Source: Candidatus Saccharimonadales bacterium
GTDB lineage: Bacteria; Patescibacteriota; Saccharimonadia; Saccharimonadales; JACQNP01
Direction of reading: 5' to 3'
Length of the DNA stretch: 64,000 nucleotides
Assembly (NCBI GenBank): GCA_038257245.1
Contig: JBBSJL010000002.1
Location: forward strand, 5,588 to 69,587
Shown here: in pieces, positions 19,501-26,489 of the stretch
Position numbering within the stretch: the first letter of the stretch is position 1
Layout: each line of letters begins with the position of its first letter
Notes under the pieces: generated by a model
Database searches by the model: none
The model's input: only the letters and a program-made list of their open reading frames with translations
What the model was told of the DNA's origin: nothing
Made by a program: the position numbers and the translations under genes

Positions 19501-19584
19501 GATGGGGGCGGAACTGTAACAGAAAGAACAGTTACAGTTACAGACTCAAACAGCGACTCTAGTAGTATTATATTTACTTTCTAG
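16534..19584 (+). CDS. Class A penicillin-binding protein (transglycosylase/transpeptidase) with N- and C-terminal extensions
   Basis: GT51 motifs (EDKDFFKHGGFD, RQGGSTITQQL) and transpeptidase motifs (SSFKP, SRN, KTGTT). About 90 aa of basic cytoplasmic tail precede the single TM helix. About 270 aa of beta-rich extension follow the transpeptidase domain. Confidence 0.92.
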   Translation: MGKKPKGRKTTNKSRQLGRKKKNTFTTKSGQTIKLNRSISDKLKARKDSRAVKKAKRLSGMPKSRVKRFFFRLQPKRLAKYWFSREGAIMALKILGISIIVGFLLLVGLFAYYRKDLPNLKDISGNNLGGSNRYYDRSGEVLLWEDFDAVKRIPVKDDAISQYIKDATVAVEDKDFFKHGGFDVRGITRAAIKNVTGSGDSRQGGSTITQQLVRLTQKGVGSEQTYQRKLKEIILSIELERSYNKGEILSGYLNTAPYGNVQYGVESSTRDYFQKSAKDLTLDEAAFLAAIPKSPSILSPYGPRYNPEALVGRQHYILDLMQEQGMITEEQRDGAKKVDTLVKVKEVKPKYQGIKAPYFVLLAKQQLEEKYSTETVLRGGWKITTTLDLKLQELAERKVSEGYGNVTRAGFDNVGFVAEDVTNGQMVAVVGGIDFFNKEFGENNYAHWRLPPGSSFKPYDYLSVLENTDNFGAGSVLYDTQGQLEGYPCTNKAQPKQGGNCLWDYDFRFPGPLTLRYALGGSRNVPAVKSMLIAGIDKTIETAEKLGLPSGYSCYAPDVEDVQFAKESEEAQCYSSSAIGDGAYLMLDEHVHAYSTISRNGNKLPQTYILKIEDGGNKIVDEWKPDKGEQVVRPDSAYIVADMMADPNASYFTNKPHRNNGWEYSLKTGTTNDSKDGWLMGFSTKYSAGVWVGHHTRRVATRSFMETMTQPIWQGWMNEAHDGIEPVKRERPSGVQELPAYVVRQHVGLGSREPSPATDLYPSWYQQNKKKAGEKKTIDIISNKLATDCTPSRARKETIENASSFSSDPYVNGGSGANANTSEKDDIHKCDDAKPAITITSTSSPCTTSCTIYAIVAQGTHSLTGGGEHGGGVINVVIDGQVVQSFPANQTTLTFSFNGTGKKSVKVELVDSVLYESSDTTTINFSKAVTPPPSSSPPTLDNSGGAITSPHPVLITWSDGTGPFTVTVDGSAYPGCDGISVRECNIILNDGGGTVTERTVTVTDSNSDSSSIIFTF

Positions 19585-20266
19585 TCTGAGCCGTGGTTGC
19601 GAAGATCATTTTGCCTGCGACTGATTGATGAATTTTTGTTACCTCAGCATCAACCAACTTACCTTTGTGCTTTGCAGCTCCGTCAATTACTACCATTGTG
19701 CCATCTTCAAGATAACCTACTCCTTGTTTTGGGTTGCTGCCCTTTTGCATAATCATGACTTTGATCTGCTCCCCTGGCAAAGCAACAGGCCGTAATTGTT
19801 GAGCAAGTTCATTCACGTTTAGCACCCTCACACCTTCGATTTCTGCAAGTTTTGCAAGATTGAAGTCCGTTGTGTAAAGCTCTGCACCAATATTTTTTGT
19901 CAGTTTTAAAAGTTTGTCATCGGTTTTAACTTCATCTTTAACGATGTCTCTCTCGATGGTTACGTTAGAATACTTATTGGATTGAAGTTCCTTGACCACA
20001 TCCAGCCCAAACCTAGCCCGTTCGCGCTTATGCGAATCTTTGCCATCTGCCAATAGCTGGAGTTCGCTTAGTATAATTGCCGGTACAATCAAGTTTTCTG
20101 GTACAAACCCAGATCTAGCCAGTTCAACAATCCTGCCATCAATAAGTGCACAAGAATCTAAGACTACTCGACGACTTTTCTTTTGCTTAGTTTTAGGCGG
20201 TTTGTAATTGTAGACAAGGATGGCGAGTATAGCTACTAGAAGTGCTGTCTGAATATAACTTATCAT
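19574..20266 (-). CDS. PIN/TRAM domain membrane-anchored protein (YacL-like)
   Basis: 230 aa with an N-terminal TM helix, a PIN-like core (LDSCALIDGRI) and a C-terminal TRAM-like beta domain. It sits downstream of radA as in Bacillus. ATGA overlap with the radA stop. Confidence 0.8.
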   Translation of the reverse strand: MISYIQTALLVAILAILVYNYKPPKTKQKKSRRVVLDSCALIDGRIVELARSGFVPENLIVPAIILSELQLLADGKDSHKRERARFGLDVVKELQSNKYSNVTIERDIVKDEVKTDDKLLKLTKNIGAELYTTDFNLAKLAEIEGVRVLNVNELAQQLRPVALPGEQIKVMIMQKGSNPKQGVGYLEDGTMVVIDGAAKHKGKLVDAEVTKIHQSVAGKMIFATTAQTRK

Positions 20267-21609
20267 CAGTTTTTTTCGAGCAGAGTATTAAGGGCTGTTT
20301 TAATATCAGTAATGCCGGCATAATTATTCAGCTTTTTGCTTACTTTGGGACCAACACCGCCTTCGAAACCTAGCTTTGTGGCTTCCTCTACTCGCTTCTC
20401 GATATACGGTACGTGGCGGATTTCACCTGACAATCCAACCTCTCCAAAGACAACGACATTCTTTTTTAGTAGTAGCCCTTTTGTAGCTGAAGCTAGTGCC
20501 ATACACACGGCCAGATCACTTGCAGGTTCAGTTAATTTAATCCCACCTACAATATTTACATATATATCTTGATCGGATAAATCAAGCTTTGTACGGCGCT
20601 CAAGCATCGCGACGAGTAAGTTAAGGCGGTTAATGTCCATCCCACTCGCAGCGCGTTTTGGATAGCCGTAACTAGTACGATTAACCAAGGCTTGGACTTC
20701 AACCAGCAATGGTCTGGTACCTTCCAATGTAGCCAATACAATCGACCCATCAGTAACTTGGCGCTCAGCTAACAATGCAGCCGATGGATTGCTGACAACC
20801 GTCATACCCCTCTCTGTCATCTCATATATTGCTGTTTCTGAAGTAGAACCGTATCTATTCTTTATTGTCCGTAATATTTTAAACCCGCCATAACGATCTC
20901 CTTCCAATTGAAGTACTACGTCGACAACGTGTTCTAGAACCTTTGGCCCTGCTATAGAGCCTTCTTTTGTGACATGACCAACCAGCAACACGGCTGTGTC
21001 AGATTGTTTCGCAGCAGCAGTTAAAAGTTGCGTGCTATTTGTAATCTGACTGACAGTGCCGGCAGCAGAACTAATAGCTTGGCAAGTCATAGTCTGAATA
21101 GAATCAACAATTACGAGTTGATACTTACCGCTTGCAATACTTGCCGCCACGTCGTCGCTACTACTACTAGTCGCAAGTTGCAATGTTGAGCTATCAACCC
21201 CCAACCTGGTAGCTCTCAAACCAATTTGATGCGAAGACTCTTCTCCACTTACATATAAAACTGTTTGATTTTTAGCGATGTCGTTCGCAATCTGCAGCAG
21301 TATTGTGCTTTTACCTATTCCAGGCTGACCTGCCATTAGATTAACACTTCCCCTAACAATTCCGCCGCCCAGCAAAGTATCGAATTCTTGCATAGAACTA
21401 GTCAATCGCTTGTGGTCGTTGGTCAATGATTTTTTTACACTACTTGTTGTGAGTGACTGGCCTTTGGTGATCATTTGCCCAACTGAGGACTGAATAATCT
21501 CTTCTGACATAGTATTCCACTCACCGCACCCATAACACTTACCACTCCAAGTTTGTGAAGTTAGACCACAGCTAGAACAAGTAAACTGCACCACATCTTT
21601 TTTTGCCAT
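20266..21609 (-). CDS. radA: DNA repair protein RadA/Sms
   Basis: Contains a zinc ribbon (CSSCG...CYGCGEWNT), Walker A (GQPGIGKST), KNRYG and a Lon-like C-terminal domain. Confidence 0.95.
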   Translation of the reverse strand: MAKKDVVQFTCSSCGLTSQTWSGKCYGCGEWNTMSEEIIQSSVGQMITKGQSLTTSSVKKSLTNDHKRLTSSMQEFDTLLGGGIVRGSVNLMAGQPGIGKSTILLQIANDIAKNQTVLYVSGEESSHQIGLRATRLGVDSSTLQLATSSSSDDVAASIASGKYQLVIVDSIQTMTCQAISSAAGTVSQITNSTQLLTAAAKQSDTAVLLVGHVTKEGSIAGPKVLEHVVDVVLQLEGDRYGGFKILRTIKNRYGSTSETAIYEMTERGMTVVSNPSAALLAERQVTDGSIVLATLEGTRPLLVEVQALVNRTSYGYPKRAASGMDINRLNLLVAMLERRTKLDLSDQDIYVNIVGGIKLTEPASDLAVCMALASATKGLLLKKNVVVFGEVGLSGEIRHVPYIEKRVEEATKLGFEGGVGPKVSKKLNNYAGITDIKTALNTLLEKN

Positions 21610-21626
21610 AATATTAGTGTACCAAA

Positions 21627-22598
21627 CTACTCCGTATTTATTGTCTTTGGTCGACTATCAATAGCATTTATTAGTTCATTTTCTTGTGTGACGATTTTAT
21701 TATACTCAGCTAGAATATTATTGTATTGATCGATCATAGACGATACGACCTGGACCTCTGCGTTATATGCGTTCACCCGATTGTTGTAACTAACAACTTG
21801 GATATTAAATGAGGTCGGATTAGCATTATGCCTACGGCTCTCCAGATCTTTAAACTCAACAGACAATGCCAAAGCTTCAGTTTCTAGCTGTTTGTTCTTG
21901 CTATCAATCTGGATCTTCAGTTTCTCAAGTTGTTGCTTATTTTGCTCGGCTTTGGATTCTAGCTCACTGAATGCTTTTTCATACTGCTGAGAAAGTTTTA
22001 CAACTATTGACCTGTCTTTAAAATATCGGCTGTAATATTCTTCGAGTTCAGGTGATATATCCGCAACTTCTGTGGCTATGATTGAATGTAACTCGTTAGG
22101 AACCACCGAAGGGTCCTTATCATGATATGATTTGACCGTAGCGATAATTCGATCGTCTTTTACATTGCGTAACTCTTGTGCCGTAAGTTTATCAATTCTT
22201 TCTCTATCCTTACTGGATAGTCGTTCGTATGCAGCGTGAAGCATTTCGTGTGCCGCTGTTACTTCCTCTACGCCATTTAGCCGTTCATCCTTGACGTCAT
22301 ATAGATATATACCCGCAGGTGATATAAAACATCCTAAAACTATACTTTGTTCGCTATCACTGCAACTTTGATTAAACTCAGCCCTACCCTGCAAGGTCGG
22401 CCAGTTAACATAGAACAATTGTTTGCCGTCGTCAGTCATTGTAGTGGCCGTAGCTAGCTGAGCTATTTCGGACGAAGGGATATAATCTCTGAGTCTAATC
22501 CAATCAAAAATCGTTTGTTTTTGCCAGAATCCAAATGCAATAACAATTAGTAAACTGAATAATACCGTGATTGATGCTGTCTGTTTTTTAGGTTTCAC
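21627..22598 (-). CDS. Membrane-anchored protein with HExxH motif and C-terminal coiled coil (putative zinc metallopeptidase-like)
   Basis: 323 aa with an N-terminal TM helix, AAHEMLHAAY (HExxH), then a long heptad-like K/E/Q-rich segment. I do not recognise the family. Confidence 0.4.
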   Translation of the reverse strand: MKPKKQTASITVLFSLLIVIAFGFWQKQTIFDWIRLRDYIPSSEIAQLATATTMTDDGKQLFYVNWPTLQGRAEFNQSCSDSEQSIVLGCFISPAGIYLYDVKDERLNGVEEVTAAHEMLHAAYERLSSKDRERIDKLTAQELRNVKDDRIIATVKSYHDKDPSVVPNELHSIIATEVADISPELEEYYSRYFKDRSIVVKLSQQYEKAFSELESKAEQNKQQLEKLKIQIDSKNKQLETEALALSVEFKDLESRRHNANPTSFNIQVVSYNNRVNAYNAEVQVVSSMIDQYNNILAEYNKIVTQENELINAIDSRPKTINTE

Positions 22599-22616
22599 TC
22601 TAAAGATAGTTTACCA

Positions 22617-25088
22617 CTACTCAGCTGCAAGGTCGTAAACTAGTTCCTTGTTTCGTACGCCAATCTTTAGAATAGTACCTTTTTGGTAATTATCTTCTAG
22701 AATTTTCAGTGATATATGGTCCTCGATCGTATCTTGTATTAGTCGACGAAGTGGGCGTGCGCCATTAAGTGGGTCGTAGCCATGCTCTAGCAAGTACTGT
22801 TTGGCCGGTGAAGTTACTTTTATACCTATGCCGTGTTTCACTAGTCTCGTTTTCAGTTCGTCAATTTGTAAATCCATAATCTGCATTACATTCTTTTTGG
22901 TCAATGCACGAAATACCACTGTCTTATCAAGACGATTAAGCAGCTCGGGTCTTAGCATCTTTTTTAGTTCTTCTTGTACTTTTTCCTGATTGCTAGCATG
23001 CACAGAATCTAGGTTACTTTCATCGCGTTTAGTAGCCACGTGGAACCCCAGTTGCGCTTCTTTTTGTAACTTTTCAGCTCCGAGATTACTGGTCATTATT
23101 ATAATTGTGTTGGTAAAATCAATTTTTCGGCCTTTTGCATCTGTGAGTACGCCATCCTCTAGTATCTGTAATAACATGTTGAATATTTCTGGGTGAGCCT
23201 TTTCTATTTCGTCAAACAGAACAAGGCTGTATGGCTGGCGCCTGATCTTATCAGTTAACTGACCGCCCTCGTCGTAACCAACGTAACCGGCTGGGGCACC
23301 GACTAATCTAGATGCGGTATGTCGTTCGCTAAATTCACTCATATCAATTTTTACTAACGAATCCTCGTTACCGAAAAATTCTCTAGATAAGACACGAGCT
23401 AATTCGGTCTTGCCAACTCCTGTTGGGCCCAAAAATATAAATGAGCCTATTGGACGCTTGCTGCTACCCACTCCTGCGCGGCTTCGACGGATAGCCTTTG
23501 AAACAGCGGATACCGCTTCATCCTGACCAATAACATGTTTGCTGATAATTTTCTCTAGATTTAGTAGATATTTAGCTTCTGATTTGATGACCTTGGTTAC
23601 TGGGACACCTGTGATCCTTGCAACAACTTCTGCAACATCATCATTGGTCATTATTAGGCTTCTAGCTGTTTTACCATTTTTTTCTAACTCGGCTAGACGT
23701 TTATTTATTTGGCTTGCTCGTTGCTTGTATTCAGCAGCCTTTTCATAGTCTTCGTTGTCAACCGCATCTTCTATGCGATTATTGACTAGTTTTAGTTCTT
23801 TCTGGAGTTTACGGATCTCTGGTGGAGTTTTTCCTTTATCAATCCTTATATGTGCGGCAGTTTCGTCAAGAAGATCAATTGCCTTGTCAGGCATAAACCT
23901 ATCGTTAATATACCTTTTGGAAAGAGTGACGGTATCTTCTAGAACTTCGTCACTAATAGTCACTCCATGAAATTCTTCGTAATGTTTTCGTAGGCCTTTC
24001 AAAATTGCCAGTGTCTCCGGCAGGGTTGCTTCAGGTACTTGTATAGGCTGAAAACGTCTTTCGAGTGCTGCGTCTTTCTCGATGTGTTTCGTGTATTCTG
24101 TAGTTGTAGTAGCCCCTATGAGCTGGATCTTACCTCTAGCCAGGGCAGGTTTAAGGATATTGCCTGCATCCATCGCTCCTTCTGCAGCACCTGCACCCAC
24201 AATTAAATGTAATTCATCTATAAATACAATACATTTCTTATCATTTTCGAGTTCGGACATTACCTTTTTAAGGCGTTCTTCGAATTCACCGCGATACTTA
24301 GTGCCAGCAATCATCCCAGCAAGATCAAGCATAATTATTCGTTTATCTAACAAACTGTCAGGGACATCTTCGGTAATAATTCTTTGGGCCAATCCCTCGA
24401 CAATTGCTGTCTTTCCAACCCCAGGTTCACCAATAAGAACTGGGTTGTTTTTAGTACGCCTATTCAAAATAGTTACGACTCGTCTTATTTGAGCTTCTCG
24501 GCCAACTACGGGATCAAGTTTTTTAGCTCGAGCCTCAGCGGTTAAGTCTGTGCCAAAAAAGTCTAGAGCAGTTTTCCGTTGTTTTTTTGTTCGTTTGTGC
24601 GATCCAGTGCTGTTGTTATTGTATTGTTGCCTATTTAGGAACTGTTCCAGCTCTGTGATTAAACGATCGACATTGATGTTCATATCTTTGAGTAATGTAG
24701 TTGCACGGGCATTTTTTTGTGTCAAAATACTGTACAAAATATGTTCGGTCCCACAAAATTCTTGGCTGAATTCCTGGGCAAATTCAAAAGCCATTCGAAG
24801 TGTTAGCTTAGCTGTTTCGCTTAGCCCCTTACCTCCGTAATTTATAACGAGTGTCTTCGGTGTTAGATTTAAAGCTAATCTAGCTCGATCTAGAGTAACA
24901 CCTGCTTCTTCCAGCACTTTAGAACCAATACTACTATCTTGTGCAAGGACCCCGAGCAATAAATGTTCAGTACCAATATATGCACTACCAAAGCTTCTTG
25001 CTATAGCATCCGCATGCTTGATACTTGCCTGAGCATTGTCCGTCAGGTTGTTTAAAAAATCATTAAAGTCTGGCGAGTTAGGCATCAT
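22617..25088 (-). CDS. clpC: ATP-dependent Clp protease ATP-binding subunit ClpC
   Basis: 823 aa with a double Clp_N repeat, two AAA+ modules ([16 protein letters not shown]), a UVR-like linker and sensor motifs. Confidence 0.93.
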   Translation of the reverse strand: MMPNSPDFNDFLNNLTDNAQASIKHADAIARSFGSAYIGTEHLLLGVLAQDSSIGSKVLEEAGVTLDRARLALNLTPKTLVINYGGKGLSETAKLTLRMAFEFAQEFSQEFCGTEHILYSILTQKNARATTLLKDMNINVDRLITELEQFLNRQQYNNNSTGSHKRTKKQRKTALDFFGTDLTAEARAKKLDPVVGREAQIRRVVTILNRRTKNNPVLIGEPGVGKTAIVEGLAQRIITEDVPDSLLDKRIIMLDLAGMIAGTKYRGEFEERLKKVMSELENDKKCIVFIDELHLIVGAGAAEGAMDAGNILKPALARGKIQLIGATTTTEYTKHIEKDAALERRFQPIQVPEATLPETLAILKGLRKHYEEFHGVTISDEVLEDTVTLSKRYINDRFMPDKAIDLLDETAAHIRIDKGKTPPEIRKLQKELKLVNNRIEDAVDNEDYEKAAEYKQRASQINKRLAELEKNGKTARSLIMTNDDVAEVVARITGVPVTKVIKSEAKYLLNLEKIISKHVIGQDEAVSAVSKAIRRSRAGVGSSKRPIGSFIFLGPTGVGKTELARVLSREFFGNEDSLVKIDMSEFSERHTASRLVGAPAGYVGYDEGGQLTDKIRRQPYSLVLFDEIEKAHPEIFNMLLQILEDGVLTDAKGRKIDFTNTIIIMTSNLGAEKLQKEAQLGFHVATKRDESNLDSVHASNQEKVQEELKKMLRPELLNRLDKTVVFRALTKKNVMQIMDLQIDELKTRLVKHGIGIKVTSPAKQYLLEHGYDPLNGARPLRRLIQDTIEDHISLKILEDNYQKGTILKIGVRNKELVYDLAAE

Positions 25089-25134
25089 ATTTACTAAACC
25101 CCTTTATCTGCGTGTTTTTGCTTCGCATACTCAC

Positions 25135-25164
25135 ATAATACACAAACTAGCACTCGCGAGTCAA
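25135..25164 (-). promoter_or_regulatory. clpC operon promoter (TTGACT-18-TATTAT)
   Basis: Minus strand reads TTGACT (25164..25159, inside the CIRCE loop), an 18-nt spacer, then TATTAT (25140..25135). A leader of about 45 nt with AAGGGG SD follows. Confidence 0.45.
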
Positions 25165-25173
25165 GAGTGCTAG
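25147..25173. promoter_or_regulatory. CIRCE inverted repeat (HrcA operator), near-consensus
   Basis: Sequence is CTAGCACTC-gcgagtcaa-GAGTGCTAG. It matches the consensus at 16 of 18 arm positions and differs only at the two outermost bases, which stay complementary to each other. Confidence 0.72.
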
Positions 25174-25196
25174 TTTTTCATATACCTAGTTTGTTT

Positions 25197-26369
25197 TTAC
25201 TTATCGGTACCGTGTTCTTCGATTGCTTCGAGCAGACTAGATTCCAGCTGTTCTTTCTTTTTAAGTTTTGGTGGCGCTACCTGTTTTGCTTCTGGTTTAG
25301 CCTCTGTTTCTTCGACCTCTTTTGGTTTTTCATCTTCAGAGACAATATCAATATCATAGCCGGTTAGTTTGCTAGCTAAACGTACATTCTGACCACTCTT
25401 ACCAATGGCAATACTTAGTTGATCGTTTGGTACTGAGACTCTAGCTTTTTTATTCTTCTCGTCTAGAGTAACTTTATCTACCTTGGTTGGACTAAGTGCA
25501 TTTACAATATATTCTTTGGTGTCTTCACTAAAAACAACAATATCAATTTTTTCTTGCTCACCAATTTCGCTCATAACCGCATTGACACGTGTTCCATGGC
25601 CGCCAACAAAAGTTCCGACTGGGTCCACGCCAGGTACACTACTGCTAACTGCTATTTTAGTACGAACACCACCTTCGCGGGAAATCCCTTTGATCTCTAC
25701 GGCGCCACTTTCCATCTCTGGGACTTCTGATCTAAATAACCATTCAACAAATACTGTACTACCACGAGAAACAACAAGTTGTGGACCACGAAAACCACGC
25801 TCCACGTCTTTTAGGAATACTTTTAGTCTCTGCCCCGGGTAATAGCGTTCTCCTTGAATCTGCTCACTCATCGGCATAATACCCTGTGCCTTGCCAAGAT
25901 CAACTCTGACTATTCGACCTTCCACCCGCGCAACAATTGCGTTAATGACTGTCCCGATTTTATCTTCGTATTCATTCATCACTATCTCGCGTTCAGCTTC
26001 ACGTAATCTTTGCAAAATTACCTGCTTAGCAGTTTGAGCGGCAACACGCCCAAATGTGTCGATCTTTTGGTGGATTTCCATCATGTCACCAATGGCTGCA
26101 TTCTTCTTCATAACTCCTGCATCTTTTAAGCTTATCTCATATTTATCGTCACCAACTAGTTCTACAACCTCTTTGGTTATATATGCATCAACTTCACCAT
26201 TATTAAGGTTCATACTCACTCTAACTTCTTGTTCACGATCACCGTAGTCCCGACGATAGGCAGCTGCTAATGCTTGTTCTACCACCTCTTGCACAACATC
26301 TTCTGGCAAGTTTTTCTCCTCGGCAATAGTTTTTAAGGCCATTGCCAACTGTTTTATATCTAGATCCAT
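25197..26369 (-). CDS. nusA: Transcription termination/antitermination factor NusA
   Basis: ORF 25197..26453. N-terminal domain, S1 and two KH domains (AIGKSGQNVRLASKLTGYDIDI), plus an acidic/lysine-rich tail. Real start is ATG 26369 (MDLDIKQ...), 7 nt after AAGGAG. Confidence 0.93.
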   Translation of the reverse strand: MDLDIKQLAMALKTIAEEKNLPEDVVQEVVEQALAAAYRRDYGDREQEVRVSMNLNNGEVDAYITKEVVELVGDDKYEISLKDAGVMKKNAAIGDMMEIHQKIDTFGRVAAQTAKQVILQRLREAEREIVMNEYEDKIGTVINAIVARVEGRIVRVDLGKAQGIMPMSEQIQGERYYPGQRLKVFLKDVERGFRGPQLVVSRGSTVFVEWLFRSEVPEMESGAVEIKGISREGGVRTKIAVSSSVPGVDPVGTFVGGHGTRVNAVMSEIGEQEKIDIVVFSEDTKEYIVNALSPTKVDKVTLDEKNKKARVSVPNDQLSIAIGKSGQNVRLASKLTGYDIDIVSEDEKPKEVEETEAKPEAKQVAPPKLKKKEQLESSLLEAIEEHGTDK

Positions 26370-26393
26370 TGTTTTTCTCCTTCTTGGTCTCTT

Positions 26394-26422
26394 AAATGAA
26401 AAGAACCGACCACTTTGGCCGG
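26394..26422 (-). terminator. Terminator-like hairpin plus U-rich tract inside the nusA 5' leader
   Basis: Minus strand reads CCGGCC-aaagt-GGTCGG, a 6-bp stem with one G-U pair. It is followed by TTCTTTTCATTT and lies between the predicted nusA promoter and the SD. Confidence 0.4.
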
Positions 26423-26437
26423 CTTGGAACACTAGTA

Positions 26438-26467
26438 ATTGTACTAAATACAAAGATGGAAAGTCAA
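26438..26467 (-). promoter_or_regulatory. nusA promoter (TTGACT-18-TACAAT)
   Basis: Minus strand reads TTGACT (26467..26462), an 18-nt spacer, then TACAAT (26443..26438). Confidence 0.45.
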
Positions 26468-26473
26468 GTGGAG

Positions 26474-26482
26474 TGTTACAAT
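26474..26482 (+). promoter_or_regulatory. Extended -10 (TGtTACAAT), 7 nt before the pepN ATG
   Basis: Sequence is agTGtTACAAT-aatcagc-ATG(26490). No SD lies within 5-12 nt of the start. Confidence 0.45.
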
Positions 26483-26489
26483 AATCAGC

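Noticed and set aside
19574-20266. The PIN-domain protein read as a toxin of a toxin-antitoxin system.
   Set aside because: It is a membrane-anchored PIN plus TRAM (YacL-type) protein in the conserved radA-yacL position. It has no small antitoxin partner.
20264-20268. Possible alternative genetic code (UGA recoding, as in some candidate phyla).
   Set aside because: radA ends in TGA, overlapping the next ATG (ATGA). All long housekeeping ORFs are intact under code 11.
24082-24492. Long antisense ORFs inside real genes. Examples are 24082..24492 in clpC, 39309..39713 and 40662..41045 in dnaE, 44856..45266 in gatB, 56584..56976 in tkt, 59492..59872 in gap, 63033..63455 in trxB, 25483..25842 in nusA and 10392..10736 in hisG.
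   Set aside because: Their translations are low-complexity and rich in Ser, Leu and Phe. They have no motifs and lie fully within strongly supported genes on the other strand. This is a typical mirror-frame artefact of AT-rich coding sequence.
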